NCBI GenBank assembly: GCA_030704615.1
Contig: CM060731.1
Location: forward strand, 43,276,001-43,340,000
Source of the DNA: Takakia lepidozioides
Taxonomy: Eukaryota; Plantae; Bryophyta
Length of the DNA: 64,000 nt
Direction of reading: 5' to 3'
Shown here in pieces: positions 50,601-63,104 of this stretch (positions are counted from its first letter, which is position 1; the number at the start of each line of letters is the position of its first letter). The position numbers and the translations under genes were made by a program. The notes below the pieces were generated by a model that was given only the letters and a program-made list of their open reading frames with translations, did not search any database and was not told the origin of the DNA.

Positions 50601-51223
50601 AAATTTGGCATAGTCGAGAGCAGCCAGCTCGGAGCGAGAACCATCGAGGTGATGTTGCTGTAGGAGCTGCACAATGGACCGGGTTGGAGTTATGCTCGAG
50701 GGTACATGCGTAGCACCTGCAGAGACGTCCATCTCGGATTTGAACGACCGTGTGGAGGACATGGGGACCTCAATGCACTCATCTTCATCGTCGGAAATGT
50801 CGAATACGTCCACACGAGAAGCTATGGAGGGTCTTGACGGTCCAGGTCGGGAATGATTATCGTTGCATACCTCTCTGTTGGCAGTGGCCGCCTGTCGGTT
50901 TCCGGACTCCTTTGTGGATGGTGTGGGCAGCGACTGATTCGGAAAGGGAATGGGCATTCCCACATCTCGGTACAGGATGGTGTCTGATGGGGGTACGTGC
51001 CATTCGATTCCGCAACCTCGTCGTTACCTAGCACGACAATGGTCTCGTCAACCTGTCCAGGAACATCCTTCCTTTCTTCTTCCAAATAAATTGTGCCCGG
51101 TTTGAGCTTGAATTTGGAACAAAGGTAAGTTTCAGTCACTCTGCAAAGTCCTCCCTCGTTTGGGATCCAGGCTCTCCCAAGTTGCGGAGGACAACAAACT
51201 ATAGCGTAGGAATTTGGAGCCAT
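47651..51223 (-). pseudogene. Full-length but frameshifted Mutator-like transposase (GCM/WRKY-like zinc domain, DDE with CxxH, SWIM)
   Basis: WVMFDHIK, FMADNAQ, RSCGFHW, TNMAESVHSSW and PTCNCTDF...CPYKHLYY. GT-AG intron at 49050-49132. The N-terminus MAPNSYAIVCCPP matches A2 MAENPSATVYCPP. Confidence 0.88.
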
Positions 51224-51589
51224 CGAACACCGCACGAAGTTGGCAAGTGCGAGGTTCAGTATAGCGAAAGACCAAGACTCACAAGCATCATGCGGAGTCC
51301 ATCGACGATTGGAAGTTGCACATTGAAGTGGAAAGTATTGTTTCAAGCTACATGCATGAAGGTGGGAGGTGTGATTCCATAGCCAGTAAGTTAGACAATG
51401 ATGGCCGATTCGGCGACGAATAACATCTCTTGACAGTTTCTCCTGAGGGTGGATCCAGCAGTATTCCCGGTGCAGACAGGAACGTTCGCACTGACAAGTG
51501 CCGGTACTGTTAGTTTAAACGGTCAGACAACCAAGTTGTGCTCATCAAGACTGGCCGCAATTGTGTTGTTTCGGAACAATGCAACCCAT

Positions 51590-53200
51590 TCAGGTTCAGC
51601 ATGCGGAAATGAGGTTCCAGATTTCCGTCCGGAGTGATTCTTTCGATTGCTGCTCGACGGAAATACGGCGCCGCATTTCCGTTCTGCATCTTGGTCATGC
51701 ACCAGAGCGACGGAAATGCGGCACCGAGTTTCCGTCCAGGGGAAACCTTTATACTCTCCAGAACGGAAATGCGGTAACGCATTTCCATCCAGCAAGCACG
51801 GTATGTGAAGGTGGAACGGAAATGCGGTACCGCATTTCCGTTCTGATTGAGAATTATGAACAACGGGAACAGAAATGCAGCACCGCATTTCCGTCGCAGT
51901 CGCACCTTCCGACATACCAGAACAGAAATACGGCGCCGCATTTCCGTTTTATATCTGACGCATGGAGCTGAGGAATAGAAATGCTGCACCACATTTCCGT
52001 CCTCACAAGACCTTCATACTCTCCAGAACGGAAATGCGGTAACGCATTTCCATCCAGCAAGCACGGTATGTGAAGATGGAACGGAAATGCGGTACCGCAT
52101 TTCCGTTTTGATTGAGAATTATGAACAACGGGAACAGAAATGCGGCACCGCATTTCCGTCCGAGTCGCACTTTCCGACATTCCAGAACGGAAAAGTGGCA
52201 CCGCATTTCCGTTTTGTATCTGATGTCACCTCCCCACATTCCAGAACGGAAATGCGGCACCGCATTTCCGCCCGGGTGAGACCTTCATACTCTCCAGAAC
52301 GGAAATGTGGCACCGCATTTCCGTTCTGATGAAAAATCGTGAAACATCGGAACTGAAATGCGGTACCGCATTTCCGTCGGAGTCGCACCTTCCGACATTC
52401 CAAAACGGAAATGCGGCGCCGCATTTCCGTTTTGTATGTGAGGCATGGAGCTGTGGAACGAAAATGCGGCACCGCATTTCCGCCAGGGTCAGACCTTAAT
52501 ACTCTATAGAACGGAAATGCGGTACCTGACTGAAAATCGTGAACAACGGGAACAGAAATGCGGCACCGCATTTCCGTCCGAGTCGCACCTTCCGACATTC
52601 TAGAACGAAAATGCGGCGCCGCATTTCCGTTTTGTATATGAGGCCTGGAGCTGTGGGACGGAAATGTGGTGCCGCATTTCCATCCATGTGAGACCTTCAA
52701 ACTTTCCAAACCGGAAATGCGGCACCGCATTTCCGTTCAGGTGAGACCTTTATACTTTCCCGAACGGAAATGTGGCACGGCATTTCCGTTCATCAACTAA
52801 GGTACGTGAAGGGGGACCGGAAATGCGGTACCGCATTTCCGTTCAGATTGAAAATCATGAACCACGGGAACTGAAATGTTGTTCTGCATTTCCGTCCGAA
52901 TCGCACCTTTCGACATTCCAAAACGGAAATGCGGCGCCGCATTTCCATTTTGTATCTCATACATGGAGTTGTGGGACGGAAATGCGGCACCGTATTTCCG
53001 TTCAACAACTAAGGTATGTGAAGGTGGAACGGAAATGCGGTGCCGCATTTTCTTCCAACAAGTACGGATGTGTAGCTTCGTGATGGTACTTAAGGGAAAT
53101 GCGGCGCCGCATTCGCATTTTCACTCCAACTCATCAGACACTGGGACGGAAATGCCTTGAAATGTGAACACGTGGAGCAACGGAATTGCGGCACATGTCT
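51590..53200. repeat. Palindrome array of AACGGAAATGCGGCGCCGCATTTCCGTT at ~60-bp spacing with about five recurring spacer types
   Basis: Roughly 25 copies. Spacers such as CAGCAAGCACGGTATGTGAAG, GAGAATTATGAACAACGGG and AGTCGCACCTTCCGACA recur in order. Confidence 0.95.
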
Positions 53201-53743
53201 GCACTCTATCTGACTGAAGTGGCATGAGGCGGCGCGGCCTGACCGTTGGATAATGATGTTTGTTTTTCGGACGGCAGGCGTACCCTGAACGATTCGAATT
53301 TCGTAATGGCGCAAAGTCCACGAGGAGACACTTTCGTCCAACCCTTTCGAACCCAAGTGGTGCATCACCGCCGTTTCATCTTCTTTTGTCGTGTCTCCTC
53401 AATCACCCCTCTCGCGCCCTTTCCATCTGCACTCTTCGCCCCTTTTCCCTGTCTCTGTTCTTCTTATGCTCGAACCTGAGAGGGAGGGAGTGCGTGCACC
53501 AGAGAAGAGACATCGTCGCAAGCTCCAAAAATTGTACTTCGGACGTAGGCCAATGCCGAAGGGGAGGAAGCAGATGCGTCTACAGGAGGAGATTGCCATC
53601 TCGCAGCATCAGCCACGCAGGCAACCCAGCCACCAGTGAGAGCTCTGTGCTATCGGGATTCGCCAGCTGATCGAGCACCGAAACCCGCCTCATTTTTCTT
53701 CTGCAATTCTTAGACTGTATGCTAGGAGACTTGACTGCAGAAG

Positions 53744-54190
53744 ATGTTTGCATGCCTGACCGGAAAGGTGGACGTGCTAGAGGGATCGCAGGAATCCGAA
53801 GAGCCGCAGGCAGAGTCCGTGGAGCTAGCTGCAGCACGCACACCCAGCCGATCCACGAGCACGGGTCTTCCTGCCGGTCCTAGCCCTGTGCGTTTCAAGG
53901 ACGCGGCTTCCATGGGCAAGTCTTTGCAGTTCAAAGCCCTAGAGAGCGACTCGCCTTCAAAGGTCATGGAGAATCGCCAGCAGGGGTCTAGCCCTTCTCC
54001 AACAAAGACGAAGAAGAAGCAGCCCGTCCTTCAACTTGTTTCTGAACCGGACCAGGCCGTTTCCCCCCCCACCCAGGCGAATGAAGCAGATTCAATTGCA
54101 GCAGACACCTTCACCTGCAAGAATGAGGAAGCACAAGGCAATCAGGGGGAGGGCAGAGCAGTCTCCCGCAAAACCGATTCCACGAGTTGA
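53744..54190 (+). CDS. Probable disordered 5' exon of the element C cargo gene
   Basis: S/P/E-rich frame with KTKKK directly downstream of the array, on the same strand as the methyltransferase exons. Confidence 0.4.
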   Translation: MFACLTGKVDVLEGSQESEEPQAESVELAAARTPSRSTSTGLPAGPSPVRFKDAASMGKSLQFKALESDSPSKVMENRQQGSSPSPTKTKKKQPVLQLVSEPDQAVSPPTQANEADSIAADTFTCKNEEAQGNQGEGRAVSRKTDSTS

Positions 54191-54193
54191 AGC

Positions 54194-57100
54194 TGTCAAG
54201 TTAAATAAGCATAGTGTGAAAACAACTAGAATAAAGCTAGTTATTTGTATTTAACACTTGGATTTAGGTCATTTTATTAAAGATAATCCCCACTAAACGT
54301 CAAAGAGAGAGAGATGACGCCAACCGTGGCAGTTACCGCCTCTTCCCCTTGCACGGGTCACTAAACATCAAACGAAACTACCTTGAACTGTAGTGTGAAA
54401 AGAAGGGGGCATAAATCCCCCTTCTAGTTAACTCCTAAATTGTTCCTTACCCAAATACACACTTACTCACACCACACTTAATCACTCCTACTCTATTCAT
54501 GATCAGAGATTGGGTACCCTCATCCACGCCGCAGCGGAAGAGAAGACATGGACAGGGGTTGAGAAGTTTCTCAAACTTATAACTTGGCTCATTTGTAAAC
54601 AGGGTATTGCATATGCCAGGGTTCTGTTTCCTAAATGTTTCAAGACATACATTATCACAAAATCAGGTTAGCCAGCACCCATGAAGGGCAATCCCTTCAT
54701 AATACTGGCAGGCTAGTTCCATGAAATACACATCAAGTTTTATGGTCACTAGTTCAACTACAACGGGCTCCGGGTTTTTCACACACACATAGCCTCACTT
54801 TGATGATCCACCATTCCTCTTTCAAGATCTCTTTTCCCCATCCCTTTGCATCAAGGACATATGACACTTTCAACCCTCTCAATCCCTTCTTGCAGATACA
54901 AAATGGGCTACCAATAATCACCCTCAAGTGATCTTCTCTGTTGCAGCCCTCAGCCCCTGCATGCTTCTAAGTAATCATGCAATCAGCAGCCAACAGGTTT
55001 ACTTCTACCTGATTCATTCTCTCTGAAAAATGCTACTTCCTAACCTAATTATATGCATGTTGCCCTCATTGTAAGTCATGGGCACTTCTTCTTTACTCAA
55101 CCTCATTCACATCCGCCCAAAATAGGAAGCATCCTTTGTTTAAGAACTGACTTCCCAACTTCTTGCAGCACTCCACACAACTTCCACCCTGCCTCACTTT
55201 CTCTCTACCACCAGGACTGGTATGAATTCCAGAAGTCTCCATTCCATTTGCCAAAATCTTTTTCTATCTCCCTCATTTCCATTGAGAGTATCTCTACCAG
55301 AATTCCATAGCAACTATCCCTAAGTAAGAGAAGGTCCTTGTATCTATCAACTTAGCTCTCTTATACTCCAGCTGAAGCGGTGGGATCGCCTGCCTGAAAT
55401 GGCACCTCACCATCTCTGTCAGCAGCTCCCCTAACTCCTTTTGTCGTTTGAATGCCACGTTGTAAAAACAAAGATCTATGCATGTCAGATCCTGTCATTG
55501 CTATGCCACTCCACCTTCAGATATTTCGTCGATTCAAGCGTTCCGTGAGTCTTGACAGCTCTGTTTCAACCTATGGCAGTAACCTTGTTGCTTGCCAACT
55601 AACTACCCTATCCTACCATCTCTGCTAATCTACCCTAAGATCTGATGTGATAACAAGAAGACAGTCATTATCTGAAAGCTTCATGCTCTACATATTTCAC
55701 TCTTTGCTTCTTTATTTACAGATAACCTGTATCACTGTCCACAAGCCAATGCCCTCATTCTGGCGATTGCACCATTTCACAAGTGGTCAAGTCAGTAATC
55801 CCATCTCTGCCCTTGATCTGGCAGCAATTGCTTCTCCACAAGTGCAGCTTTCTATAATTGCACATGAATGCAATGGCGGCGGTATCAGTTTGCACACCCT
55901 ACCTCTGGCAGATGCCCGTCATGATGGAGCTGCTCCATCATCTTAACTAGCCTTTGATCAAGTCTGCAACCCCACCTTCCTATTCCCTGGCAGCAGGTTG
56001 TTTCCCTTGCAGGTTCATCCTCCTTGTCATCGTGGTTATGAGAGTAACGACGGCACTGCTGCCCCTCCACCGAGCTGCTTTCCCCGCAACTCCTACACCT
56101 TCAGCGGTCAAATCACAGGAAGCACCGCCTCTATGCCTTCATTACTTCTGTCAGTAGTACATGATATTACTTCCCTTGCCCTTGATGAATCGTCCTGCAA
56201 CACTCCCTCTCTTCAAAGCCATGAAACGATTACTGCACTGCCTCCCTTCTCCTGGCTTGAGCAAAATTACCTAGCTGTTCCCTGCACGATTACCCTCCAG
56301 CAAGCCCTAAGCTTCCTCGACCCGCGTTTCTACGGTAATCACCAGCGATGAAAGCCATTCATCCTATGGATGAAAAGGCGTATTTCATGACTTAGCCACA
56401 TTTTGTCCTGGCAGAGCAATAGCATAGTGTGCCCATGGAATTACCTGTAGGCATGGATAGTTCCCTCCCGTTATTAGTACCAGGGCACTCCCTTTGTAGT
56501 AATGCCGGATCCTGATGCCAAGCAAAATTTCCATGTTACTCCCCTGCATTCACACTACAGAACAAAACTTGTTCAAATCAGTATCTTGCATTTAATGGGC
56601 TGACAAATGCTAAGACATATCTGCGCACACATCATATCCTGGTAACTGAGTATGGTAAACCTTTGGATCAGTAGGCCAGAAAACCCATGAAAACCCTTTC
56701 GTATCTCTTATTGCCCAGCTCTTAACTTGTACATGTGGTTAAGGTTAACAATATATAGGAAGGAACTTAGAACAATGCAGCTCCCACTAGATTTTCTCGT
56801 CGAGAGGACTGTGGCCCAGCCTGATGGAGATGGAGATGGAGATCTAAGATGCAGAGAAAATCTGAAAAGCATCGTGCCAATCCATCCGCATTCAGTGGAC
56901 AGGCAAGGAAGGAAGAACCCAGCGGAGCATCCCCCCTTGCCCTGAAAACTAGATGCGTGCAGATCTACGATCAGGCGTGGTTAATGGTCGATATGATGCT
57001 CTCAGCACGCGTAAGAACGTCCCTGGAAGCGCACTCTGCGGATGCCAAGCATGTCTAGCCACGTATGTACTTGTGGGAGCTGATTAGACTTGCTCCTTGA

Positions 57101-57600
57101 CCGCACCTCCATGTGAACATCTCCAGCGCAGTAATCGGAGGCCAAGCATATAATAATCGGAGGCCAAGCATGTAGGCACGTATATGTGGCTGATTAGAAC
57201 ATCTCCAGCGCAGTAATTGGAGACCAAGAATGTGGGTGCATATATATTTGTGGCTGATTAGACTTGCTCCTTGAGACCTCCATCTGACCCTCTCCAGCTC
57301 AGTATATTTCGTATAGGCCCCACGCATGGTTTTGACTGGGTGGACCTGCTCCTTGAGACCTCCATCTAAAGTCCCAAGCCCAATATTTGAGGTCGATTCG
57401 ATTTGCAGCTTGCCAGGCTCACTAGTGTAACGTTCATGTCAGATGCTGTACAAGCAGTAGGTACGTATATATATTGACGTGGCTGATTATACTTGCTCCC
57501 TGAGACTTGCCTCACTGGCAAATAAGACTACCCTTCACTGCGTACAGATTTCTACTCAACTTGAGTATGTCATGAAGTAGTACATGTGAAGCTATACAGT
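54194..57600. mobile_element. Unrelated degenerate insertion (possibly LTR-retroelement derived) where the ParB exons are expected
   Basis: No similarity to A1. Abrupt compositional change at TGTCAAG (54194), stop-ridden frames, and short repeats at 57060-57500. Confidence 0.3.
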
Positions 57601-58113
57601 GTATTTCTATTCAGGACTTGAGTATGCCTGAAACAATTACAAGGACACATACAGGGAGTCGCTGTGTTAAGCACTTCAAGTAGTTGTGACTAAGTTGATT
57701 GTAAATAACATAGTAAATATATGCCATTGACTTGGATTTTTTGGTTTGGTCTGGGGCGTGTTTGAAAGGGACTCTATCGTTTTTCTGTGAAGAAAGGACT
57801 CTAATCATTTTTCATTGAGTTGCATCTTCCAGTTTAGTTGGGATTGGAAAGGACTTCATTCCTATCCAGCCTTTGTTTTGCGGCAAGATCTTCAGGACTT
57901 TGAAAGGACTTTGATTTCTATCAGCTAGTCTCTATTAATCAAAGCTCCATAAATATACATGTTTGTAATGATTGATTGACGTCCATGTGATGGTTGGGAA
58001 AGCACTCTACACAGTGCATGGACACTGAACCACTATATGTCATTGAAGAAGTCTCAAAATGTATATTTTTCATCGCTGTACATATAGTGTACTGTTGCAA
58101 TTGATGATGAAAT

Positions 58114-61100
58114 GTGCCCGACTATATTGAGCCAATATGTTTGAAAAGAAATCAGATTTCCCCGCCCCAAATGACATTGGAGGCATACATAAGGAAGTGG
58201 AGAGGTCTCACCTGGAGATATTGTTTTTTCCGAGAGTTCTCCAAGGATGGCAACATTTTATGGTCCAACGACTTTGACAGTCAGGTTGGGGGAGAGTGGG
58301 CCATGATGTGAGTTGTGTACAGGTGCAATGTCCTACTGGAAACTGTGTTGCCTCTTGTGAGAAATCGTTAGGCTTTGTTAGCAGTGTAATCACAGATCCA
58401 AAGTGAATGTCGTTGCCGACATTCACTTCTATGTCTGTGTCCTTCCAAAGCTAGAGATTGCATTCACCTAGATTAGGAACTTAGGGTGTGTTTGCAGTGT
58501 CCTTGAATGGAATTTTGTGAATGACATTGACGACATTCACATCCAGAGCTGTTGTGAGCTCCTGAGATTTATTGTACGTTTTGTATGTTGAATGTCCTAC
58601 TAGAAATTGTGTTGCCTCTGGTGAGAAATCGTTAGGCTTTGTTAGCAGTGTAATCACAGATCCAAAGTGAATGTCGTTGCCGACATTCACTTCTATGTCT
58701 GTGTCATTTCAAAGCTAGAGATTGCATTCACCTGGATTAGGAACTTAGGGTGTGTTTGCAGTGTCCTTGAATGGAATTTTGAGAATGTCGTTGAGGACAT
58801 TCACATCCAGAGCTGTTGTGAGCTCCTGAGAGCTCCTTAGAGCTGTTCTGAGCTCCATTTCCTTCCTCGTTTTTTTCATTCTGTGCTACTGGCATCTTAC
58901 TCATTTCGCACTTTGGTGGGTTGGGTTTTGTCTCGTGTTTCACAGGTACACGAAATATGTGTTTATGGATGGAAATCACCTTAGCGGTATTCCAGACTAT
59001 CTTGACATGTGGTCGGACCCTGCAAACGATCCAACCATGTACACTACAGGGATATTGAAGGACTGGAGTCATTTTCACTTCAGAGACCGTGGTTGGTACC
59101 TAGACTGCCCACCTGAGCACATGACCTTTCAAGAGCAGCACATGAAATATTTGAACAATAATGGTGAGATGCTGGCGCCTCTGAATGACGAGGAGTACCA
59201 AAGAAACATAGCAACATTGGCTGCCAAGGAGCCTGATGCTCAGGAAACGACGCAGAAGGGCAAGAAGGCGGGGCGCAAACCAAAAGACAAGGCTCCTGAT
59301 GTCATAGCCATATCACCAGCAAAGCCAAAGGACAAAGACAAGTCCAAGGACAAGGAGAAGGAAAAGGACAAGGGGAAGGAGAAAGAAAAGGAGATGGAGA
59401 AGGAAAAGGAGAGTGAGAAGGACTTCACTGTTGGAAGGTATACCCGCACAATTCAGTGCGTGTTCGATGCCAGGCCACACCCTTCCCGTGCTGATTCAGT
59501 ATAAGAGATTAAGATTGTCAATGAGGGTTGGCTGACGATGATGCAGAGTCGAAAGAGCGGATACACTAGGGTGTCTTTGCCTACCTGGATCTCATTCCTT
59601 AATCTGGTGAGAATTTGATTTTCTTTCTTTTGCATCTGTAAGTGTCATTTGCAGTATTAAAGTTTGGTTCTTTGAAAACATTATTGTCTTCGTTCTAAAA
59701 ATGAACATTTCTGTTGCAGGTGAGCACTGGTCCCACCTTCGTGTGCGGTGTGCAGAAAATATTTGCGGCTGACATGGTCATTCTCGACATCCCGGACGGC
59801 CAGGCTGTGCCAGAAGTTCTTCCAAAGGGCAAGACGCCAAGCTGAAACAAATTCGATGACAACTACTGGAGTTGGGTGTTCGGGTTCTGCAATAATTTCC
59901 TCTCTGATGCAGGGACACTTCTGCTTTTTCAGTCATGTGACAAAGATAGTCGTCGGGCATTGGCATCATACCTGAAGTCCTCTGGGTTTGAAGTTTTGCG
60001 CACATGGAATTGTGTGAACAGCCTCTACCTTGTGAAAGGGGGTTGTCCTGGTCAGCTGGTATGCCGTCTCCCTTCTGCTTGTGCTTTCATGCTGCGTTTC
60101 AATGTTCTCTGCAGCTCCACTCTAGAAGAATCTATAATGATCGACACCGATCATCACAGATTAGAGACAAAACAGATTGTTATATGCCTGTGTTTTGAAT
60201 AGCCAATGTACAAACTTCCACTATAGTTTGTGTTTACCACCCTAACCTGCAGTCTTTGGCAGACGAGGATGTTCGAGGCGATCTGCCTGCGGAGGATTCG
60301 CACCTCAAAGACACCATCCTCCGTCCGCAGCTTTGAGATTTCTAACCAGGGTTGTTTCGTCAACCCCCCGTATGAGCTACATGTCGATGACATTTTGTAC
60401 AACTTCATGCAGTCTAGTCAGATTCTCAAGAGACCAGATAGCACTCCCTGGAGAGGTGCAAAAGACAAAACCCCAGCGTTCATGCAGATACTGCTGGAGT
60501 CATGCAGCCACCATTTTGCACGGGTGGTCGATCTTTCTGTGTCCACATATTCGTTCTCTCCCTTCCGAATTGATTTTCTTTCACTAGTTTCATCTTCTTA
60601 AATCCCCCCCCACCAACCTATTCATGTCCTCCTGTCTGGTGTAGGAGCAACTTACCATGCATGCAAGGCAGGCGGAAGAAGCTTTTTTGGCATGGAGGGT
60701 GATTCTGACCTTTACAAGACAGTGCTCCTCCCCCTTTTGTCTGGCTCCACTTCAGGCACATGGACTGAGAGGATTCAAATCCGAAATGATGACGATCCCG
60801 AGGATAAGCAGATCGACAACGACTTTTCATGTGAGTAAGTCCTAAACCCACTTTGGGAGCCATACTCAATTTCTCGGACATCAAATTTACAGTAATAACT
60901 TTTTTGGGGCTGTGACTTGCAGGAAAGGCAGCGATGGATCTTCAGGAGATACCCCCATTTGTGGCGAGTCTGTTTTCGACAGCCCCCTTTCCAATTTTCT
61001 GCTTCCTATGTATGCTGAAGCAATGACACTTCATGCCGCCGAGACTCTATCCCATGACTTTTTATTGACCGGCCGCAGGTGTAGCCAGCGTAGATCCAGA

Positions 61101-61130
61101 GTTCTTAAATACTTAGACTTAATGCAGAGG
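58114..61130 (+). pseudogene. Middle and methyltransferase exons of the cargo gene in element C
   Basis: FFREFSK; GWYLDCPP; ADMVILDIPDG (DIPD at 59786-59797); FLSDAGTLLLF; WRGAKDKTPAFMQILLE; RVVDLSVST/GATYHACKAGGRSFFGMEGD; LPMYAEAM. All collinear with A1. Confidence 0.82.
58327..58831. repeat. ~264-bp intronic tandem duplication
   Basis: AATGTCCTACT... begins at 58327 and again at 58591. Confidence 0.9.
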
Positions 61131-63104
61131 ACGTGGGGATACATTGTACTGACTCTGAGTCAGACTGAACTTTGTTCTTTTAATGTTCTGTTTCATCCTC
61201 TTCGGAAAACATTGAATCCCCTAGCCTTACTCCACTGTAGTTGTTCCGGCAGAAAAAAAAGAATCAAAGAATCTACTTTCATTAAAATGGCAATATGTAT
61301 GAATCCATCCCACAAACCCCACTCACTCTTCTCATATCCATTGTGCATTCATCTACTGTGTATTCATGCGTGCTCCATTCATGAATGTTTTCCTTTATTC
61401 AACATCCATTGTACATTCATCCACTGTACTCTGTAATCCACCCCACAAACCCTCACTCATGTCATATACATTGTACATTCATCTACAGTATATTCATGCA
61501 TCCTCCAGTCATGAATGTTTTCCATTATTCAGCATCCATTATACATTCATCCATTTTACTCATACCCATCCCACATTCATCCATCTACTTTCATTTTTCG
61601 CACTCATCCATATGTTTATCATCCACTCTACATTCATCCATCCCTCATTCATCTGTTGCTTTCAGGTGGGAATGACCACGTCCTTTTATTACGTCGTCCA
61701 GCTTGTTTCTGCGGTAAAGGGTGCTCTTCCGCGGGAATACACTCCACTTCTTCCTTGGCGTGTGGTAACACGGCCTTCAAGCGCGATGACGTGGAGTGAG
61801 CCCCGTGATGTGGCGTTGGCGCAAGGTGACGTGGCATGAGCGCAGTTGCTCACACGCTCACGCGACCAGGCTCACGCTGAGGCATCCTTGGTTGTTCAGA
61901 TAGGTCATCTGTCACAGCTACCCTGCCTTCCTATCCAAGACAATCAAAGAGCTCAGTTTGCCTAGTGAGTGAGCATTTCGTTTGTGTACATGACGGTGTG
62001 TGTCAGAGAAAGATTTCTTTGAAAGACTACTTTGCATACATGTTATGCATTAAGCATTGTGACTCGTCTTGAGGTAACAGAAAAATGGGAATGTCTCTAC
62101 GGGTTGGTGCGCAGAAAAGGTTGGCTATCATGATGAAGAAGGCTGGATAGAAGGGATGTGATGATGATTGTCTTTCTAGTTGTCTTATTGATTATTCTCA
62201 CCTTCCTTGTTGTTTCTGTGTAAGCCGTTTCATGTAAAAGTAAAGTTGTATGAGAGTCCTCACATTGCAAATGAAGTCAAGCGAGATAGGTTGTGTCTGC
62301 GGTGCTCCCTTGTTTCGCCTATCAGCTACAGTGAAAGTGCAGCCATTGGCTGTCCTCCAATTTTAGTTGTGACTTTTACCATGAGGGTATAGTCCCTTGT
62401 GGAGACAAGTGTGGGGTTTGAATCACTAGTGCCAACTGGAGAGAGAGCCACATAGGCCTGACATTGTCCTTTGTGTCTTATGAAGTACAAATACTTATTG
62501 GCCTTTGGATGTTTGGTTCCAAGTCAAGAGATTTCATACATTGTTGGATCTAGCAATGTATCTCACTCCGGGATCAATGATCATAAACTGAAGAAAAGAA
62601 AATGTGTTTGGTCCTAATATTGCGCATTTGATTGCGCGCGCAATCAAGTACGCAATATTAGGGATTTTTCTATGTTTCTAGAGATCCCATATCCATTGCA
62701 TGAAAACCTGATGGGTTATTCTCAATTTTATGGATTTCACATAATGAAAAATATGTATGGGTTGCCAACTGTTAAAAAAAAAGACCCATGTAAAAGAAAA
62801 ACTGAAATTCCATTAGGTTAAGCAAAATGTGACAGATGTGTTGTGCAAGTCCAGCAACCATCCACGAAGCTTTCGATTGCAGGCCGCCTGTCCATAAACC
62901 ATCCAAAGAACTGGAGTAAGAAGCGCATAACACTACCGTGTATTAAGGAAGGAGGCCTGGCTTGCAAGCAGAGGCCAGAGCCCATGCAAGAAGAAAATTT
63001 ATTGGCGACCAGCAGATGCTGCACATTGTGGAGGAGATAGGTGCAGCAGGTTTTTTTTTCCCTGAGACGACGGGAGTAACACCTGGGCTGCGGGTGAGGG
63101 AGAG

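Larger units (their letters stand above)
46823..61880. mobile_element. MULE-like element C (~15 kb): transposase (-), palindrome array, methyltransferase cargo gene (+); right TIR tip missing
   Basis: Left GGAGGTTTACTATTTCATGAGC plus ATGAGC repeats. The right side ends in GCTCAC repeats (61847-61877) matching the A1 terminus. Confidence 0.82.

Noticed and set aside
51590-53200. CRISPR array (palindromic repeats with ~30-bp spacers); similar appearance at 35850-36300 and 24150-25260
   Set aside because: Spacers recur in order as a higher-order tandem repeat, there are no cas genes, and the context is a eukaryotic transposon.
58965-58985. DGNHL in element C as the ParB motif
   Set aside because: It aligns with EENCL in the middle domain of A1, not with DGNHRLLAW, and lacks the arginine.
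61280-61670. His/Ile-rich ORFs
   Set aside because: Low-complexity CATTCATC-rich non-coding sequence.
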